This document shows, piece by piece, positions 1 to 14,658 of a stretch of DNA of 63,442 nt (position 1 is the first letter of the stretch; the number at the start of each line of letters is the position of its first letter). Location: assembly GCA_003427395.1 (NCBI GenBank), contig BFEA01000015.1, positions 6,571,859-6,635,300 of the forward strand, written 5' to 3'. The translations under genes were made by a program, and so were the position numbers. The DNA is from Chara braunii (lineage: Eukaryota > Plantae > Charophyceae). The notes under the pieces were generated by a model, which saw only the letters and a program-made list of their open reading frames with translations, had not been told where the DNA came from and ran no database searches.

Positions 1-3000
1 GGGCGTGGAAAACAATAGAGTAGAAACATTTCTAGTCGGATGAATTCGGGCGCTCCTGTAGTGGGGATATGTTGCTTAAAATTGTGGCTTGTTAGAGTAG
101 AAACATTTCTAGTCGGATGAATGTGGGCGCTCCTGTAGTGGCCCGTATGTTTCCTAAAATTGTGGCTTGTTAACGGGCACAATTTTAGGAAGTACGGGTG
201 GTTTAAGCTCTCCAATCTGAGTAACCTTTGGTTGTCGTATGCCCACTTGCTAGCTCCCGAACACAGGACAGGGAATCTTTTGGGCTTAGGGATCCGAGAA
301 AGTACATGTTACTGCCCAAAGGGCTCCCAGCTGTTGCGTCTCGTTAGGAAATCTGTTGTAATAACTTCTGCGATCAGATGTGGCACTGGCAGGCAAGCGG
401 CAAGTAACCCCTCTGACATGGTGTTTTACTCTCTCTCAGAACCGACTTTGAGCGAAACAAATAGGTCTCTGCCCTCTGAACCAGGAAAATATGGGTAGGT
501 CGGCTGTGAATGTGGTCTTCATTCTTTGCCGGAACGCAGTCCGCGACGACTGAAGTGCGCACCAAATATTTACCAGCGGCAAAGGATTTAGTTTTCACTA
601 TCCCAGTCTTGCTTGATATGCATTACATATTGTGGCATGCGATCCTGCTTGAAGATGCTTGCTGTGCGGAGGTCAGTCTGAGGTATTAGAAAAAAAAATG
701 TTGCTTGTTTATATCTGTGTAGACAACTTTAAAGCTTAAACCACCAGTACACCCGGACCCGGAGGTGCTGCACTGCCCGCCAAGCTTTCCCAAACCACCA
801 CCGACGCAATTTTTTCTTTTTTTGGCTGGCGCCGCATGCCGTTGTGGTCCAGTTGCCCCGAGCCCAAAAAAGTCCCGATGCAGGAACCCGAACGGGCCCA
901 CCGAAAGAGGCGTGTGCTCAAGGTCCTCGACTGCCATGACGGGCACCCGTGGGGGGTTTCAATCGCTCCCCACTGCAATGCCGGTCACAGTAGCCCATGC
1001 GGGCAGGCACCGCACGTCCAACAAGGGGGGCGACAACGCAGTCGCCGTCCGCCCCTTCCCAGACGGGGATGCACGACTTCCCTCCATCCGCTTCTCGCTC
1101 GGCAATTTCAAGCACTCTTTAACTCTCTTTTCACAATTTTCCGCAAGGCTGGGCCAGTGTGGTGGTCGTCTAAGGAAGCAGAGGACTGACTGCCTCAATT
1201 GTGGTTTGTGGCACTTTCATTAAACCTAGTAATGGAATGAACAAGCCTTGGAACACATTGTGCCGCCTAGTTCCAAGTAGAGTTGGGTGTAGAAGAATTT
1301 AGTTAGTCGGCAATGGGATCATTTGTCAATTGCGCTGGGTGCTACACATCGCTTATGGTGCATGGGATCTCCTACACATCCCATCTTTGCACGTGTGGTC
1401 ACCAATTGGTCTGGAACTCTATATGAAGTGTAGAGTTGTTTGACAATTGGTCTGGAACTCTATATGAAGTGTAGAGTTGTTTGACAGAGTACAGACACTG
1501 AGTGCTTCTGTTTAATATACTTCTGCAGACGTGAGGTATTCCAATACGTCAAGGTTTCAAGTCCTCGCACAAGCGCTTGCGAGCATGCGGAAGCCTTGGT
1601 TCACCCTGAGAAGCCCTCACTAACCCCCTCACATGCCCTCACATCATCCCTATCAAGTCCGATTAGCTCTTCACAAGCTCTGACAGAAGCCCTGGTCGGC
1701 TCTCACAAGGACATACACTTTTCCTCACGAGCTCTTCCAAGCCCTCACAAACGCTCACAGGGCCTTGAAGCCCAAACCGCTTTGGACCTGAACTCCTGCA
1801 GGCGTGTTTTCGGGAGCCGACATCCTCGGCTGCCAACGCTGAGCAAGGCCAGTGAAATGACAGTGCCTGTTGACAGTAGATGGGGACGCTGCTGTCACAC
1901 CTTGTAAATGACTTATAAGGTGCAAGTGACATATAAATGCAGAGGAGTGAATGCCCTGTGGCCTCCAGTGTGTGGACATTATGTGGTTCAAAATATTAGC
2001 CTTGTGACTAATGATGCAGTAAAGTGGGGGGACGATGAACACTGGTCAATTTTTTAGCAGTGACAATTGACACGCCAGAAGGCACCAGACCGTTGATGGT
2101 TCGACTCAAGCGGTTTATTGGTGACCTGTATAAGAGCTCAGCTAGAAACAGGCAAATATGAAGACAATTAACCAATCCAACCAGCTAGTTCACTCTCCAG
2201 CCCTCTTTCTCTCTTGGAGTGCAGTCTACTGTTTTTTATATTGAGAACAGATCTGCGTCCCACTTGAGTTAGGTAGTTAACTCTCCAGCCCTCTTTCTCT
2301 CTTGGAGTGCAGTCTACAGTTTTTGATATTGAGAACAGATCTGCGTCCCACTTGAGTTAGGTAGTTATGCAGATAAACAGGTTGGTAGAGAGAGAGAGGC
2401 AGGTTAATGTATCTTTAATGAAACGTAAAGCAAATAGTAAAACCCTTCTCCTCTGCACAGCTACAGGCACCCTTACATTGGACTGCAGGCTTTATTGCCT
2501 CTGCGACAACCACTTTGGTGGCATTGTTTCTACATTCATGTGTGCAGAGGGCCGCCCTTCCTTGCCTGTCCTCACTCACCTTCTGCATCTAGACATCATA
2601 TGCGCGTTTTGTGTATGGGACTTCGTGATGCCTCTTCTTTGTTCCTCCTAGCCTGCAACACACATGCCATTGGTCCAGGGTCTTTGGTGGCCATGGTTAA
2701 CGCCAGCTGTGCTGGCAATTATTCTCCTGAGAATGCTCAGCATGGGCTACGATGTAGCCAAGTATTGTGGTGAGAATGCTTAGCTTGGTTTTCCATGTCA
2801 TCGGCCACCTCATCCTTACCAGTCATGTCTCCTCTGTCGTTAAGCCCATACTGACTCCTGGGTCTCCTCTCCCTGTAGTCTCATGTTTATTAAACCTTTT
2901 TCCACATTCCTTACTTTCCCTTTGTCTTCTTCCTCTCTCTTTATCCGTTCTCCTTTTACTCTGCCTCTACAGTGTGCAGTTGCACCGTTATGGCACATAG

Positions 3001-4419
3001 GGATGTAGGAAGCTCGCACTCAACTAGGTTGGTGTGGCGAGTGTTGTATATCAGATGCATGTCAAGGGAGAGCTAAAAGAATTAAAAGGCAGAAAACCTT
3101 GAAAAAAAACAAAAGAAAGAAAGGAAAGAACAAACTGCACAGAAAAAGGCTAATGAACGGTTCACGGTAGGCCTCATGCTCTCTGCTATTTTCTTCTTGT
3201 TGTTTTGCAAAGGGCACTCTTTTAGTTGATATTTTTGGCACGCTTCTTAGCTTCTTTTTGCCGAGAGGATGCGAACCGCTATACACTCAAAGCGTCCGCA
3301 CCCGAGCACGACTGGTACCAATAGTGGGAAATCGAAAGTGGTGCACCGGTAGTAGCCTGTGGCTGGATTTCACATCAGCCTCGGGATTTGCCTGGCTGAC
3401 ATCCGTTTGAGGGTCTTTGTGGCCTTGACACCGGTGGTTGTTGCAAACGTTTTCTTTTGGGTTATGTTTCCTGCTGATGACCTAGTTGTTAAAACCCAAT
3501 GTTTGCGGATCATTCGCTTAGAAATGTAACGGCACTTTTTTTTTTCCCAATGATTTTGAAGGCATGGCACCAGCATCTGTCCACGGGCAAACGGTTTCGA
3601 ACAGGCTTGCAAAACAGCACTGAGTGCATGTGGCTGCATCCAGCTTGAATCTTGTTCGATGGTAACTTCAATCCATAAACATGTGCAATTCCATCCTATA
3701 GAAGAGAGGCTGATGATATCATTTGTTCTATCCAGTTTGAAACATGTGCAATTCCATCCTATAGAAGAGAGGCTGATGGTATCGTTTGTTCTTCACAGTT
3801 TCAAACTGGATTTTCCATCGTAAGACATCTGTACACGTGGAGGTCGGCGATCTGCCCACTGCAGCTGCGCGGGGGACAAAACAATTTGCGGCTGCCCCCA
3901 GGCCAGTCCTTCCCTGAATCCCCAAACTTCATGGAATATTACGTTTTTTATTCTCAACTTCAAAAGGTTGTGGTGTTTTAGTGCCACCCGTTGTGGTAAC
4001 TGTTGTGATGAGAAGGCTTAGCTAGTTTTCCATGTCATCACCCACCTCATCCCTACCCTTCGTGTCTCTGTTGTCTAAGGACAGAACGACTGCTAAGTCT
4101 TCTGTTGTCCTTCCATACGCTCTTCCTATCGGCTCATCTTTATTCCACACCTTGCTTTCCGTTTGTCTGCCTTGGCTCTGTCTTCCATCTGTTACGATCC
4201 TGGCCAATTTCGAAGTATATAGACATCAGGAAAAACAATGCCGTCCAATTGCAAAAAGAAATGAATGAACTTTAGAGGAGAGAAAGGGAAAGAAGAAGAA
4301 GAAGAAGTAAGAAAGAGGAAGAAGATGATGCACTCCAGCATAGACCAATGACAAGGCTCTTCTTCCTCGCCAACCAATCTCCTCCTCCTTATCTCCTCCC
4401 CTCTTATTCAAACAAGAAA

Positions 4420-5050
4420 TAACAATAATAATGTTGAATGGCTGAACCAGAATCAATGTCCGAATCCCACTTCTACTGCAGGCACAACATGAGGTCTACC
4501 ATAGCCATGGCCACCCTTCCTCTTCCTCTGCATACAAGCCGAGGCTATGGCGGACTACTGAGGCTTCAGCCTCCTGTCCAAAGGACAACCCAAAGACTCT
4601 ATGTCGCTGCCCTACTTCAAGCAGCTATGCCGCTGTTCACTGAACTGCCATGCCTGACTCTATACCCCGAGCTTCCTTGGTGCGGCACTACCCCAACGGG
4701 GGTCTTCCAGATGCAGCGCCTCACAAGGTGATGAAGATGGTGTTCACCATAGCCAAGTAGGTACCTCGCCACTCTCTCCCTTGGTCCTCGTCTTCCTCCT
4801 CCTCCTACCGGTAGAGCTCTATCATAGCCAAGGTGGAAGCTCCCAGCTTCTTCCTCCCAGCATTGCTGTAGCAGCCAGCGCTCTTCCACCCAGCACTCCA
4901 ACAGCGTGACGCCCAACTCGCACACTGAAGAATGAGGCCGAGCTCTTGCCTCGGCCTCTTGATATAGCGGCCTGCTTGCCTCCTGGGCGGTGACTTCCAG
5001 GCCGCTCGGCCTCCCAAGCAACCGGTACCTCCTCCCTTTCGGAGGGAAAC
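4420..5050 (-). mobile_element. probable degenerate LINE (L1-like) 3' remnant
   Basis: Minus-strand CWVEERWLLQQCW...HLHHLVRRCIWKT resembles the C-terminus of L1-type ORF2. Weak. Confidence 0.35.
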
Positions 5051-5860
5051 ATCATTGCAGACTCTGATATTGCCCGTACAGGCTCTAGACTCAGACTGGA
5101 TGGACTGGTACCGGCCTAGACCTAGCCTACCGCTACTGGGCCTCTAAAAATGCCAACTTTGTCTTCTTCTGCTCGGCCTCGAGTACCCACTGCTACGGGG
5201 TGCGGTACCGGCCTACCTGCTACTTGAGTGTTTTTCCGCTGCTCTAAGCACCGCGGGCCCCTGGCTCCGCTACTTGAGTGTTTCCCTGCTGCAACCCTCA
5301 ATGCCACGGCCACAGGTAAGTACCAGCCCTACGGGCCTGCCAAACAAGCAAGTACCCTTGCGGGTCACACACACACTCATGCCGACAAGCACTCGGACAG
5401 GCACGCAAGTCCACAGGCACGCACACATACAGACTTGGAAAACACAGCAGAATGCGGGAATCTTGGCAAGGCATCCATTCCATCGGCAGAACTTCAGAAA
5501 TCAGCAGTGTTCTCAGTCTGTGTTATGGCGGGTCATTACGCCCTATCTTTCCTCATTCTTTATACCCTCTCCCTTTACTCTGCCTCTTTTTAACAGTGTG
5601 CCAGTGGGTTGTCATGGCACACGGGAATGTAGACAGTGTAAACTACACTACATCGACGTGGTGAGCCTTGGACGTGAGAGGCACAGTGAAGGAGGCAAAA
5701 GAGACCATGAAAAAAGCCAGAAATAAGGAAAGGAAAGAAATAACTGCACAGGAACAGGCAAAGAATGGATTGTGTGCTTCATACTGTCTGGTATTTCCTT
5801 CGTGTTTCACAAGCGCACGGTTTTAGTTCATAGATATGTGTCAATGTATAGACGCAAACT

Positions 5861-5919
<59 letters not shown>

Positions 5920-6031
5920 AACCGGGAACTGAATATGAATGACCCATACAAAGGTGATGTTATTTANNNNNNNNNNNNNNNNNNNNNNNNNNNNNNNNNN
6001 NNNNNNNNNNNNNNNNNNNNNNNNNNNNNNN

Positions 6032-6077
<46 letters not shown>

Positions 6078-6933
6078 AACCGGGAACTGGATATCCATGA
6101 CCCATAGAAAGGTGATGTTATTTACAAAATATCAGGAACATGATATCAAACCAGAAATTCCAGAATGCCATCTTGTGAGACGAATGTGAAGATGACATGG
6201 CTGTGCTTGTATGCCCATGGGCTGATGAAAGTGATAATGGACAGTGGTCAAGAGTTTTCTTACCCCTTTTGGTATTGGATGGACATATCCAGGCCGTAAT
6301 TCCAGCAGGGGCACGGAGACTAGTAGGATGATATCTTCTCTGGAAGATGGATTGTGGTTGGTGAGAGGGGAGATGCAGGTTCCGTAAACACCAGATATCC
6401 CTATCCCTATACACTTAAACAGTGGGTCTCGCGTAACGGTCCCGCGCTAGATCCGCTGCCAGCTTTGGGAAATGTCTACAACGCAGGAGGCGGTTCGATA
6501 CTGGTCCCAATGAAGCTCTAGAACAGTGCCATATTTCAAATCCTGGGGGGATATGTTTGACACAAGAACATAGCAGTAGGAGGAGAGTGTCCGTTTTGCT
6601 TTTCCAAGCACATTGTTTCCGTTCTTTGTTTTTTCTGGGTCGTTTTTGGGCTTCATGTGCCGTTTGACAGTTGGTTTTTGTCCCTTTTTTTTCTCCCCTT
6701 TCAACTTAGCTATATTCTACTCTCAATTTCACCTTTCACTCTCTACCTACCTCTACTCCTAAGGCTATACAGGGGACCCCTGCAAGCATAGCTAGCTACT
6801 TCTTACAATTAAGGGGAGGCATGTTGTCCCCTGCCCTAATCGGCGGTGGTCAGGGAGTAGTTTGGGGCCGCCAGTGGGGGAGACTGGCTAACACAAGACA
6901 GAACATTTTGCCAGTAGGTTCCCATGCTCTAGT

Positions 6934-7391
6934 AGAAGATTCATGCTCATTTTGTGCATTTATCGTCTTTTTGTTTCTCTTGGGACTATTTGGCATGTTT
7001 TTTTTTATTATTATTATAAAGAAACCGTTTGTATTGCTGCCCGTGCTCTCCATTCCTGAATGTTCGAATATATGTGCACACGGCCTGAATGTTCAAGTAT
7101 ATGTGCACAAAAGACAAAAAAGTATGGTAGTGTATCTTTCCATGTTCTGGCAGAAGATTCATGCTCATTTTGTGCATTTATCGTCTTTTTGTTTCTCTTG
7201 GGACTATTTGGCATGTTTTTTTTTATTATTATTATAAAGAAACCGTTTGTATTGCTGCCCGTGCTCTCCATTCCTGAATGTTCGAATATATGTGCACACG
7301 GCCTGAATGTTCAAGTATATGTGCACAAAAGACAAAAAAGTATGGTAGTGTATCTTTCCATGTTCTGGCAGAAGATTCATGCTCATTTTGC
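6934..7391 (+). repeat. 218-bp near-perfect tandem duplication
   Basis: agaagattcatgctcattttg starts at 6934, 7152 and 7370. Confidence 0.9.
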
Positions 7392-9045
7392 ACATTTGGT
7401 GAGTAGTGGAGCGAGGCCCATGGCAGGACGAACAGGGGGAAAACAATCCAAGGGCTTACATACCAGTTCGAAAAACGGGAAGATGACCACATGCACAAAA
7501 TACAAAGTATCGTGGTGTATCTGCCCATGCTCGTGCAGAAAGTTTTTCTGCAGCTTTGGTGAATGGTAGAGCGAGGCCGAAAGCAGGCCGGAAAGGGGCA
7601 AAATCCAAGGTCGTACTGATACCACGACCCTTAAAGATGCAGTATGCACAATGAGCTGGTGTGAATGCGCACATGGCCGATAAGATACAGCGGGTGTATG
7701 TACTTCAGTCAAGGATTTCCTGATGTTCCAAAAAAACAGCTGTGAAAAGTTTCCAAGGGCAAGGATCCAAGGGCGTACTCATGACTGCTCTATCTTAAAT
7801 TTATCTGCGTGCATTTACGGCGGGATTTGGATGTATTTCGCCGCATATACACGGAAGAATTTGCATTAATCTGACTGCATTTACGGTGGGATCTGCCATC
7901 CCAAAGAATACTGAGCAATGTGCATCCACGTGTAGTACGATGAGTCCACATAGTATCACCTAGGCCAGATAATACCACTCAGCATAAATGGTACGGCCTG
8001 GCCGTGCCAAGGGCCTGATGTTGGGCATCTGTTTCTCTTTGCTATTGGTGCCCCTGTCTGTGTTTTTGTTTTTGCTCTGTTCTGGGAGAGTGTGTCAGTA
8101 CTATGCAGTCCATATGGCACGGCCTGCCCTGCGTGATAGTCCCGTCCTGTGATGCCATCCAACCCAGATGGCATCATGCACATCTTCTAATACCATGCAG
8201 CGGCCATGGTGCCATTGACGTGCTAAGAATGGGGTTGACACTGGGCGCACCCTTGCCTCTACGGGTCCGGTTAGTCCCTCGGGATATCTGTTAAACTTGG
8301 AATGAGGCAGATAAGATTATCATGGCTCCTGCGCGACAATAACACGCATCAACCGAGAACTTGTCCAAACAGAAAAATGGGAATTCTGGGAACCAGGGGA
8401 AAAAGTCAAGAAGCAACTGCTAGAATACAGGTAGCAGTGAGAAGCTTGGCCAGTGTCAATCCTAGGCGTGACAGAGTGGGGTATAGGGAGAGGGCGCAGA
8501 GATCGGCCATCTCGTGCACATCGGTGTAAGGATGGTGCCTTTAAAACAGCAAGAAAGAGAAATAAAAGGGGTGGTGGTGAGGTAGTGGGAAAGGGCATAG
8601 AAAGAAAGGGGGAATTGCTGCCTTTGCACACTGTATATGGTGACTTCAATGGTGTTCGTATCCACGTATCACCTCAATGGTGTTCGTATCCAAGTATCAC
8701 CTCAATGGTGTTCATATCCACGTATCGCCGAGGAAAAGTGTGGAATGAATGCCATGTTTTCTCTGCTATCAGATCTGTCCCCTCCTCCTCTCCCGTGACT
8801 TGCTGTTTGTTCTGATCTTCCTGGTTATGTGGCGCCAACACACTTGTCCTTTTCTGTCCTCATCGTGGGTTTAGCCGTCGGCTGCTGGAAGAGGAGGAGA
8901 AAATGGGAAATTGCTGAAGAGTAGGATGCTGATCGGATGCAGCAAATGGGTAGCTGGCTGTCCAGCACTTTTTCGTTGTGGCCTGTCACGACTCTGGCCA
9001 ATTATCAGGTTGACAACAGCTATTACATCCCGAGCTTCCTAACCC

Positions 9046-9227
9046 TTAAACCACCAGTTTGCTTGAAGCTAAGTCGGGCTCTTACCAGTTTACGGTGTAA
9101 GGCGATGACACGTCGGGCCGGAGCCGGTGGTGAACACATAAAATCGCTGTGAAAGGGCCGAGTTGGAGGATCTGCGCCTTGGAAGGTATAGCTTCGTCAA
9201 GTTAGGCTCATGTGAACTGGTGGTTAA
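9046..9227. mobile_element. TTAA-flanked mini inverted-repeat element (piggyBac-like ends)
   Basis: TTAAACCACCAGTT ... AACTGGTGGTTAA. Related ends at 737, 13464 and 24126-24317. Confidence 0.55.
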
Positions 9228-9249
9228 ATAGTCCGGCATTCAAACTGAT

Positions 9250-10000
9250 CTTATGAAGAAGATGAGGGTGGAAGGGGAGATTGGACGGGATTAGCATGCA
9301 GGCAGTGAGGATGCAGAGCATACACGTGGCGCTCAAGCTGGTCGTATGGACGATGTAAATAGTATCCCTCCTGTTGCAATCTTTGTATAGCTGATATGCA
9401 ACTGACAAACACTGACATTGGGGACAAGATGATGGCAACTCGATCATGCCTTGTGGCGAAGGTGGATGTCAAGCAGTCTAGTGCATGCACCCCCGTAATC
9501 AAAGTGCTTCGCTACCAAAGTCTATGGTGGTGGCCTCGGTCCTTAGAAAAGAACTGTGTGGTTGGAAAAGAACCAGTCGTTTGAAGGTGCGTCCCTGGTG
9601 TATGGTCAGATTTAGAGTCGTTTTAAATCTGGTGGAAATGTCACAAAGGAGGCTGTGTCGTCCATCCAGAGGCCTTGTAGAAGGCTGTTGATTAGGGATG
9701 TGTATGTGTTATCGCAAACTGAACACGATGTGTATGGGTGATAGTGTGCAAGGGTCAGGAAGATGTATACTGAGCTGAAGAACATTAGTGTGGATGCCTG
9801 GAAGAATAGCATCTGCATGCGAGGGATGCATAAAATGGAACATTGCTGGACCTTATCGGCTACGAGGGGAAGGCAACTTGTCTCTATCCTCAGCGGGTGG
9901 ACATACAGCTAGCTGGTGTACCCTAAGGAGCAGGCAGTCGTAAAGTCGGCGCCTATTCAATTAGCAAATCCCCAGTATGGGAGGAGAAACATCGGTCTGA
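9250..10000 (-). mobile_element. probable degenerate non-LTR RT remnant
   Basis: Minus-strand GADFTTA, then GLWMDDT, then (Y)xGVH, in the order expected for RT motifs, with many disruptions. Confidence 0.35.
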
Positions 10001-10790
10001 GAGGTGTGCAGGGCTATTCTCCGACGAAGTGGTGCCCTGGTGATGAGTGGAGGATGTCTTACGCCTCTGGATGAGGTGGGCATCCTTCAAGAACTCTCTT
10101 TCAGTTTGATGATGGCAGGACTTGGCTGCCCCTCCGCCTTTCTCACACCCAGCCACACATCTAGGTAGTGGAAAGTAGTTTTCTTACTTGTCCACTTGCT
10201 GCACATGTAGCCAATGCCGCGCCTGAGAAGGTAAACTAACTCCATATCAGCAGAGTAGCAGAATCGGATGTTGCCAACTCATGCTCGGCCCTAGTGCGCA
10301 AATTCCCACACAGAAACAAGAGCCCTGCTTCAGTCTTATTGGAGTACCGTCAATTGGACTCTTTCAGCAGGCACTGCTGACTATTCTGCTTTCTGGTGCG
10401 ACCCGCTGAGTTCCTTTTTCTTCTGTTTGTAGCTCACCTTCGTCATCTGCTTTGGAGTCTGGAGTACGATCTTCTTTTCCTTATCCTGTGTGAAATTGAG
10501 GGGACGGATGAGGGAATAAGCTTGTGCGTATTCCTGTGGATGTGGATGTGGCTGTTGGCTCTTCGCTTGTTTCGTTTGGTTTTACAAATGAGATTCGTTG
10601 CGTCTTTTCTTTATCTATAATTCTTTCTTTTTGTGCCTGTGAAATGAAGGAAGAAAGACATTCTGTGCAGTCTCATCTTTGATTGTTTTCTCAGCAGTCA
10701 TGTGAGGATGGAAAAGACTGTTTCAGTGGATGTATGAAACATTCGATCAACTGACAAATGATTACATCACTCTCTAATTTCGTTTCATAG

Positions 10791-10872
10791 ACACAGCTAC
10801 CACGATCACTACCAGAACCGCAACAGCAACTGCGACGGCAACAGGAGGGGCTGGTCAAAGTGTCGTCGGCAG
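10791..10872 (+). CDS. candidate upstream exon, gene assignment unknown
   Basis: ctctaat branch-like site, tttcatag| acceptor and |gtattt donor. Open frame TQLPRSLPEPQQQLRRQQEGLVKVSSA is phase-compatible with 11381-11457. No homology recognised. Confidence 0.3.
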
Positions 10873-11380
10873 GTATTTTGGAATCCAAGCCAATAATTTT
10901 TTATGGCCCAGTCTTGTGAAATGAGAAGAGTACAGTGACAAAACGGTACGTCAAGGTTGGAACTCTTGGAAGGAATGATGATTCAGGATTGGCATCCACC
11001 CTTGTTTAGCCTTTTTTTTAAATCATTTTTCATCCTGTTTTGTTTTCGTCCCAATGGTTTCAGCTTTTCTGATAGGCTTTTATTATTTTGGTGAAAAATC
11101 ACTTTCTCTCTTCCCTTTCACGAATGCCTGTTTACCCTCCCACCATTGGCACTTCGAGAAGAGGAGTATTCATGGGATTTGAAGCTTTGGCTCATGGTAG
11201 CTACCAACCCTACTCCTTGGCACTCTTTGCTGGTGTTTCGCGGGCAGTCTGCAACGGCTCATCACATTGGCCAATATTACCGATGTTACCGATGTTGCCG
11301 ATGTTGCTGTGATAGAGCGTGTGACTCAAGGATACGAACATAAGATTCAGTCCTCGATTCGGCTGCATCAAATCTTTCAG

Positions 11381-11457
11381 AACAGACTCACCAATGTAGT
11401 TCTTTCACCCTTCTTGAGAATCAGCGTTCACATCAAGAATGTGATGATCGAGAGCAG
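11381..11457 (+). CDS. candidate upstream exon, gene assignment unknown
   Basis: tctttcag| acceptor and CAG|gtgcgg donor. Continues the previous candidate in frame: EQTHQCSSFTLLENQRSHQECDDREQ. Confidence 0.3.
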
Positions 11458-13875
11458 GTGCGGAGCTTGTCGTCCACAGCAAGGTTTTGGCGTGTGCAGG
11501 TGTTCTGTCCTACTCACAGTTGGCAATCATGTATGCGTTGCCTATGGATGATCTTTGAGGGGATGGCCCTCCATGCCTGGCCCGGAACACACACAAAAGT
11601 GCATTGAACCGCTGATGCGCTGACTCTTTGCATGATGACATGCAAATGAACAACTGCAAATTGCAGTGACTTGGATAGTGCCTGACGTCAGGCTGGCACC
11701 TGTGAACTGCAGATTACAGTGGGCTGCGTAGTAACCTCCCGTTTCGACTTGTGGATGAGATTCTGAGGCAGATGCTCTTCGGGAAACAGAAGGCAGCAAG
11801 CCTGAATTGGCAACTTAGTGGAATGCCAGTCTTAAAAGCCTGGTTCCTCTGGGGTAGTGGAGCAGAAAGCAGAATGACTGATGCGATGGGAGCAAGCGCT
11901 TCAAATTATCTACCAATTCTGAGGCAGATTTGCACGTGGGACCCAAGGGAACAAGTCTGTAGGATGTCAGCAACAAGGTTGCGGGATTTCAGCCTGGCCG
12001 TTCTGCAACAGTGGAAAGGAAATGTTGAGTGGCTATGTCGGGGGGGGGGCAAGAGTTTGAAAATATCACCACCCTATCACAGCCTTTGCACCCCTACAAT
12101 CCATAGATGAAGAGCCATTTGTTACGGAGGATTTTCATGACAGTTCTTGAGGCCTCAATGCCTGCGGAGTATTTAGATGACAGTTCTTGAGGCCTCAATG
12201 TCTGATCTGATGATCATCAGTGGCTCTGCAAACCGAGGAGTACTCTTAAGGCTTGGGATTCAGACACAGTTTTCACTTCAAACTGATTTGAATTCGCTTT
12301 CGATTTGTACTTTTTTGGTTGGCAGCCAGGATTGCGACCTCTTAAAGAAGACCATACATAATTGAGCCGTATTGAAAGGCGAAATCAAAGCGAAATGCAC
12401 ACCAAATAGGAACGAGCAATACATCGAAGTCTCTTGATAAAAAAATCTCTTCCACTCCCTCCAATCATCAACAATGTAGTCTTCGTACTGGTTTACTGGC
12501 GGCCCTTCCTACTTCCTACGCTCCTACGAGTCTAGCCTATCCTAATGCGAGCAACCAGTTCACATGTCAATCGCCCAATGTCAGCTTGCCTTCCTCAACA
12601 CCAGGTACGTGCCTCATTATTGCCATCTCCTCTCTATCTTCCCTCTCTGAGAATCACCCCACTTCCACCATCTGGCTATGACGTGCACTGCGCAGCTAGG
12701 GCAGGCGCCCACCTCCTTCTTTCTCGCTGCCACCGCACCAGCTTCCTCCACAAGGCATAGCTCTACTGTGCTAGTGGCGGTGCCACATTGGCACAATGGC
12801 GGAATGTGTCTGGCTGGGTGGGCTCACTGTTCTTGTGCTGGCTGGCAAGGCTGGAGAGGCGTCATCCAGGCCCTGCTCCCAGGGCCTTCCTGAAGAATCT
12901 GCAGGCCCAGTCTCTACAGCCAACTTGTGGGCGGGGCGTACTGGTTGGTTGCATGGCCTGCACGCTGCATCCTGGTAACCACCCGGGGCGCTTTCTTGAG
13001 GCTGGCTTGCATTTTCCTGGCCCACCTTCACTGAGATTATATGGCCTTCACTTGAGGCACGTCCTTTTCCTCCATGGCCATTTGGCCTAACCTTTCACAG
13101 ATGTATCATCACTCTCCCCCCCCCCCGCCCCCCCCCCTCCCTCTTCCCCCCTCCTTGTACTGTCAAGAAATTTCCCTACTCATCTTTCTCCTTGCCCAAT
13201 TCTCCCCTCCCCTTCTTCCTGACTCCCCCTTCTGCCTCCTCTCAACCATCCTGTTGCAATGAACAAGTCAGTGTTAGGTCACCAGTCATATGAATTGCCA
13301 CTTTTCTCTGTCGTCTTATAAGCTCGGGCCTCATCAGCTCCATGAGAACAGCCTGTATAAGGAGGTGCAGACATGTTCGAGGGTGTTGATGTTTTCCCAA
13401 GGTTTGTGCCAGGTTGGGAACTGGGACCTGCCCGAAGTGTTTCCAGTTTCACAATCGCCGCCCTTAAACGACCAGTAACTTCAAGCCTCATTTTGTTGTG
13501 ACGGATTTGCACTGCGCAAAGCTTTGCCGAATTGCCAGCGACGTACTTTTCTTTCTTTTTTTGGCTGACGCCACCAGCACCGCTCAGCTAAAACCTACAC
13601 AGTACAATTTCGGTTCTCAAGGTTGCTTGGGCAACATACCGGCAGTTTTACGTGATCTATCAATGAAATTGAATTAATCCTCTCTGGCAAATGTGCATAA
13701 CCCAAATCAAACAATTTGATCAGATCAAACTAGCAAGCAACTGTTTCACAGGTCTGTTGGACGTGGACCCATAAGCCATTGGAATGGGCTATGGGTTCTC
13801 TTGACGCCGGAGCATGCTAACTAACAGCTTGACTATTTCACATCAGGGGGAAGAAACTCACATTTTGTCACCTGG

Positions 13876-14267
13876 ATTTTTTTTTTTTTTAACTAAGCTA
13901 TATTCTTCTCTCATATGCCTCACGCTGCCTGATCTCCTATCCAAGTCTAGCTCCAGCTAGGAATCATCAATTGTTGCAGTTATGGGTGGACACCAAACCT
14001 GCAGCTCGGAATCATCGAATGTTGCAGTTATGGGTTGACACCTACCTCCACCGGTGCCTAAGCACCACTGCAATCCCTAACACTTGGCGTGAGCTAGAAG
14101 GCGACTCCACAGCTACCTCCTACCCAACCAGGAGGGGCAAGCCAACCATCTCAGTCGGTGAACCAGAAGCATGCCACAAGGGGCCGCGGTAAACGATGTG
14201 AGAATCAAACCCACGACACTCTGAGTGCCACTTGTATGCTTTGCCAACTGAGCTAGGCTGCTCGCCC
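13876..14267 (-). mobile_element. tRNA-derived SINE, full length with poly(A) and TSD
   Basis: Minus-strand head with A-box TAGCTCAGTTGG and B-box-like GGTTTGATTCTC. Poly(A) tail at 13877-13890. 13-bp TSD TTTTGTCACCTGG at 13863-13875 and 14268-14280. Confidence 0.85.
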
Positions 14268-14658
14268 TTTTGTCACCTGGGTTTGATTTTGCCGTTCAGA
14301 ATTAATCTCCTCGACAGACCAGCACTTGAATCTTCATCCCAGATTTTGTTTTCACTCAGAATCGTTTGTCGAAGATTATGAGCACGTGTGAATAGCGCAC
14401 CCTTGCACTGATTCACACAGGATGTCACATACAGACCTGTTTAGAAGGGGTTAGTGATGGTAGAATCAAGATGTTGCTGAGGGCTCACATATTTTTTCAT
14501 TCTTAAGTAGCCACCCGTTGAAACATTGTGGCTGAGTCCTCAATGTCTAGTTTTCATCAATGGCAGATCCTTCCTATGGGCAAGAAGGACAAAAGTACGA
14601 AACTGAGTAACTGGGGGAACACAGGAGGACGGACACTGATTCAGATGCACGGGGGCCC

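Noticed and set aside
14195-14262. Functional tRNA genes at the tRNA-like segments (also 24758, 38044, 56510)
   Set aside because: No complete cloverleaf or acceptor stem. The first copy has a SINE body, poly(A) and TSD.
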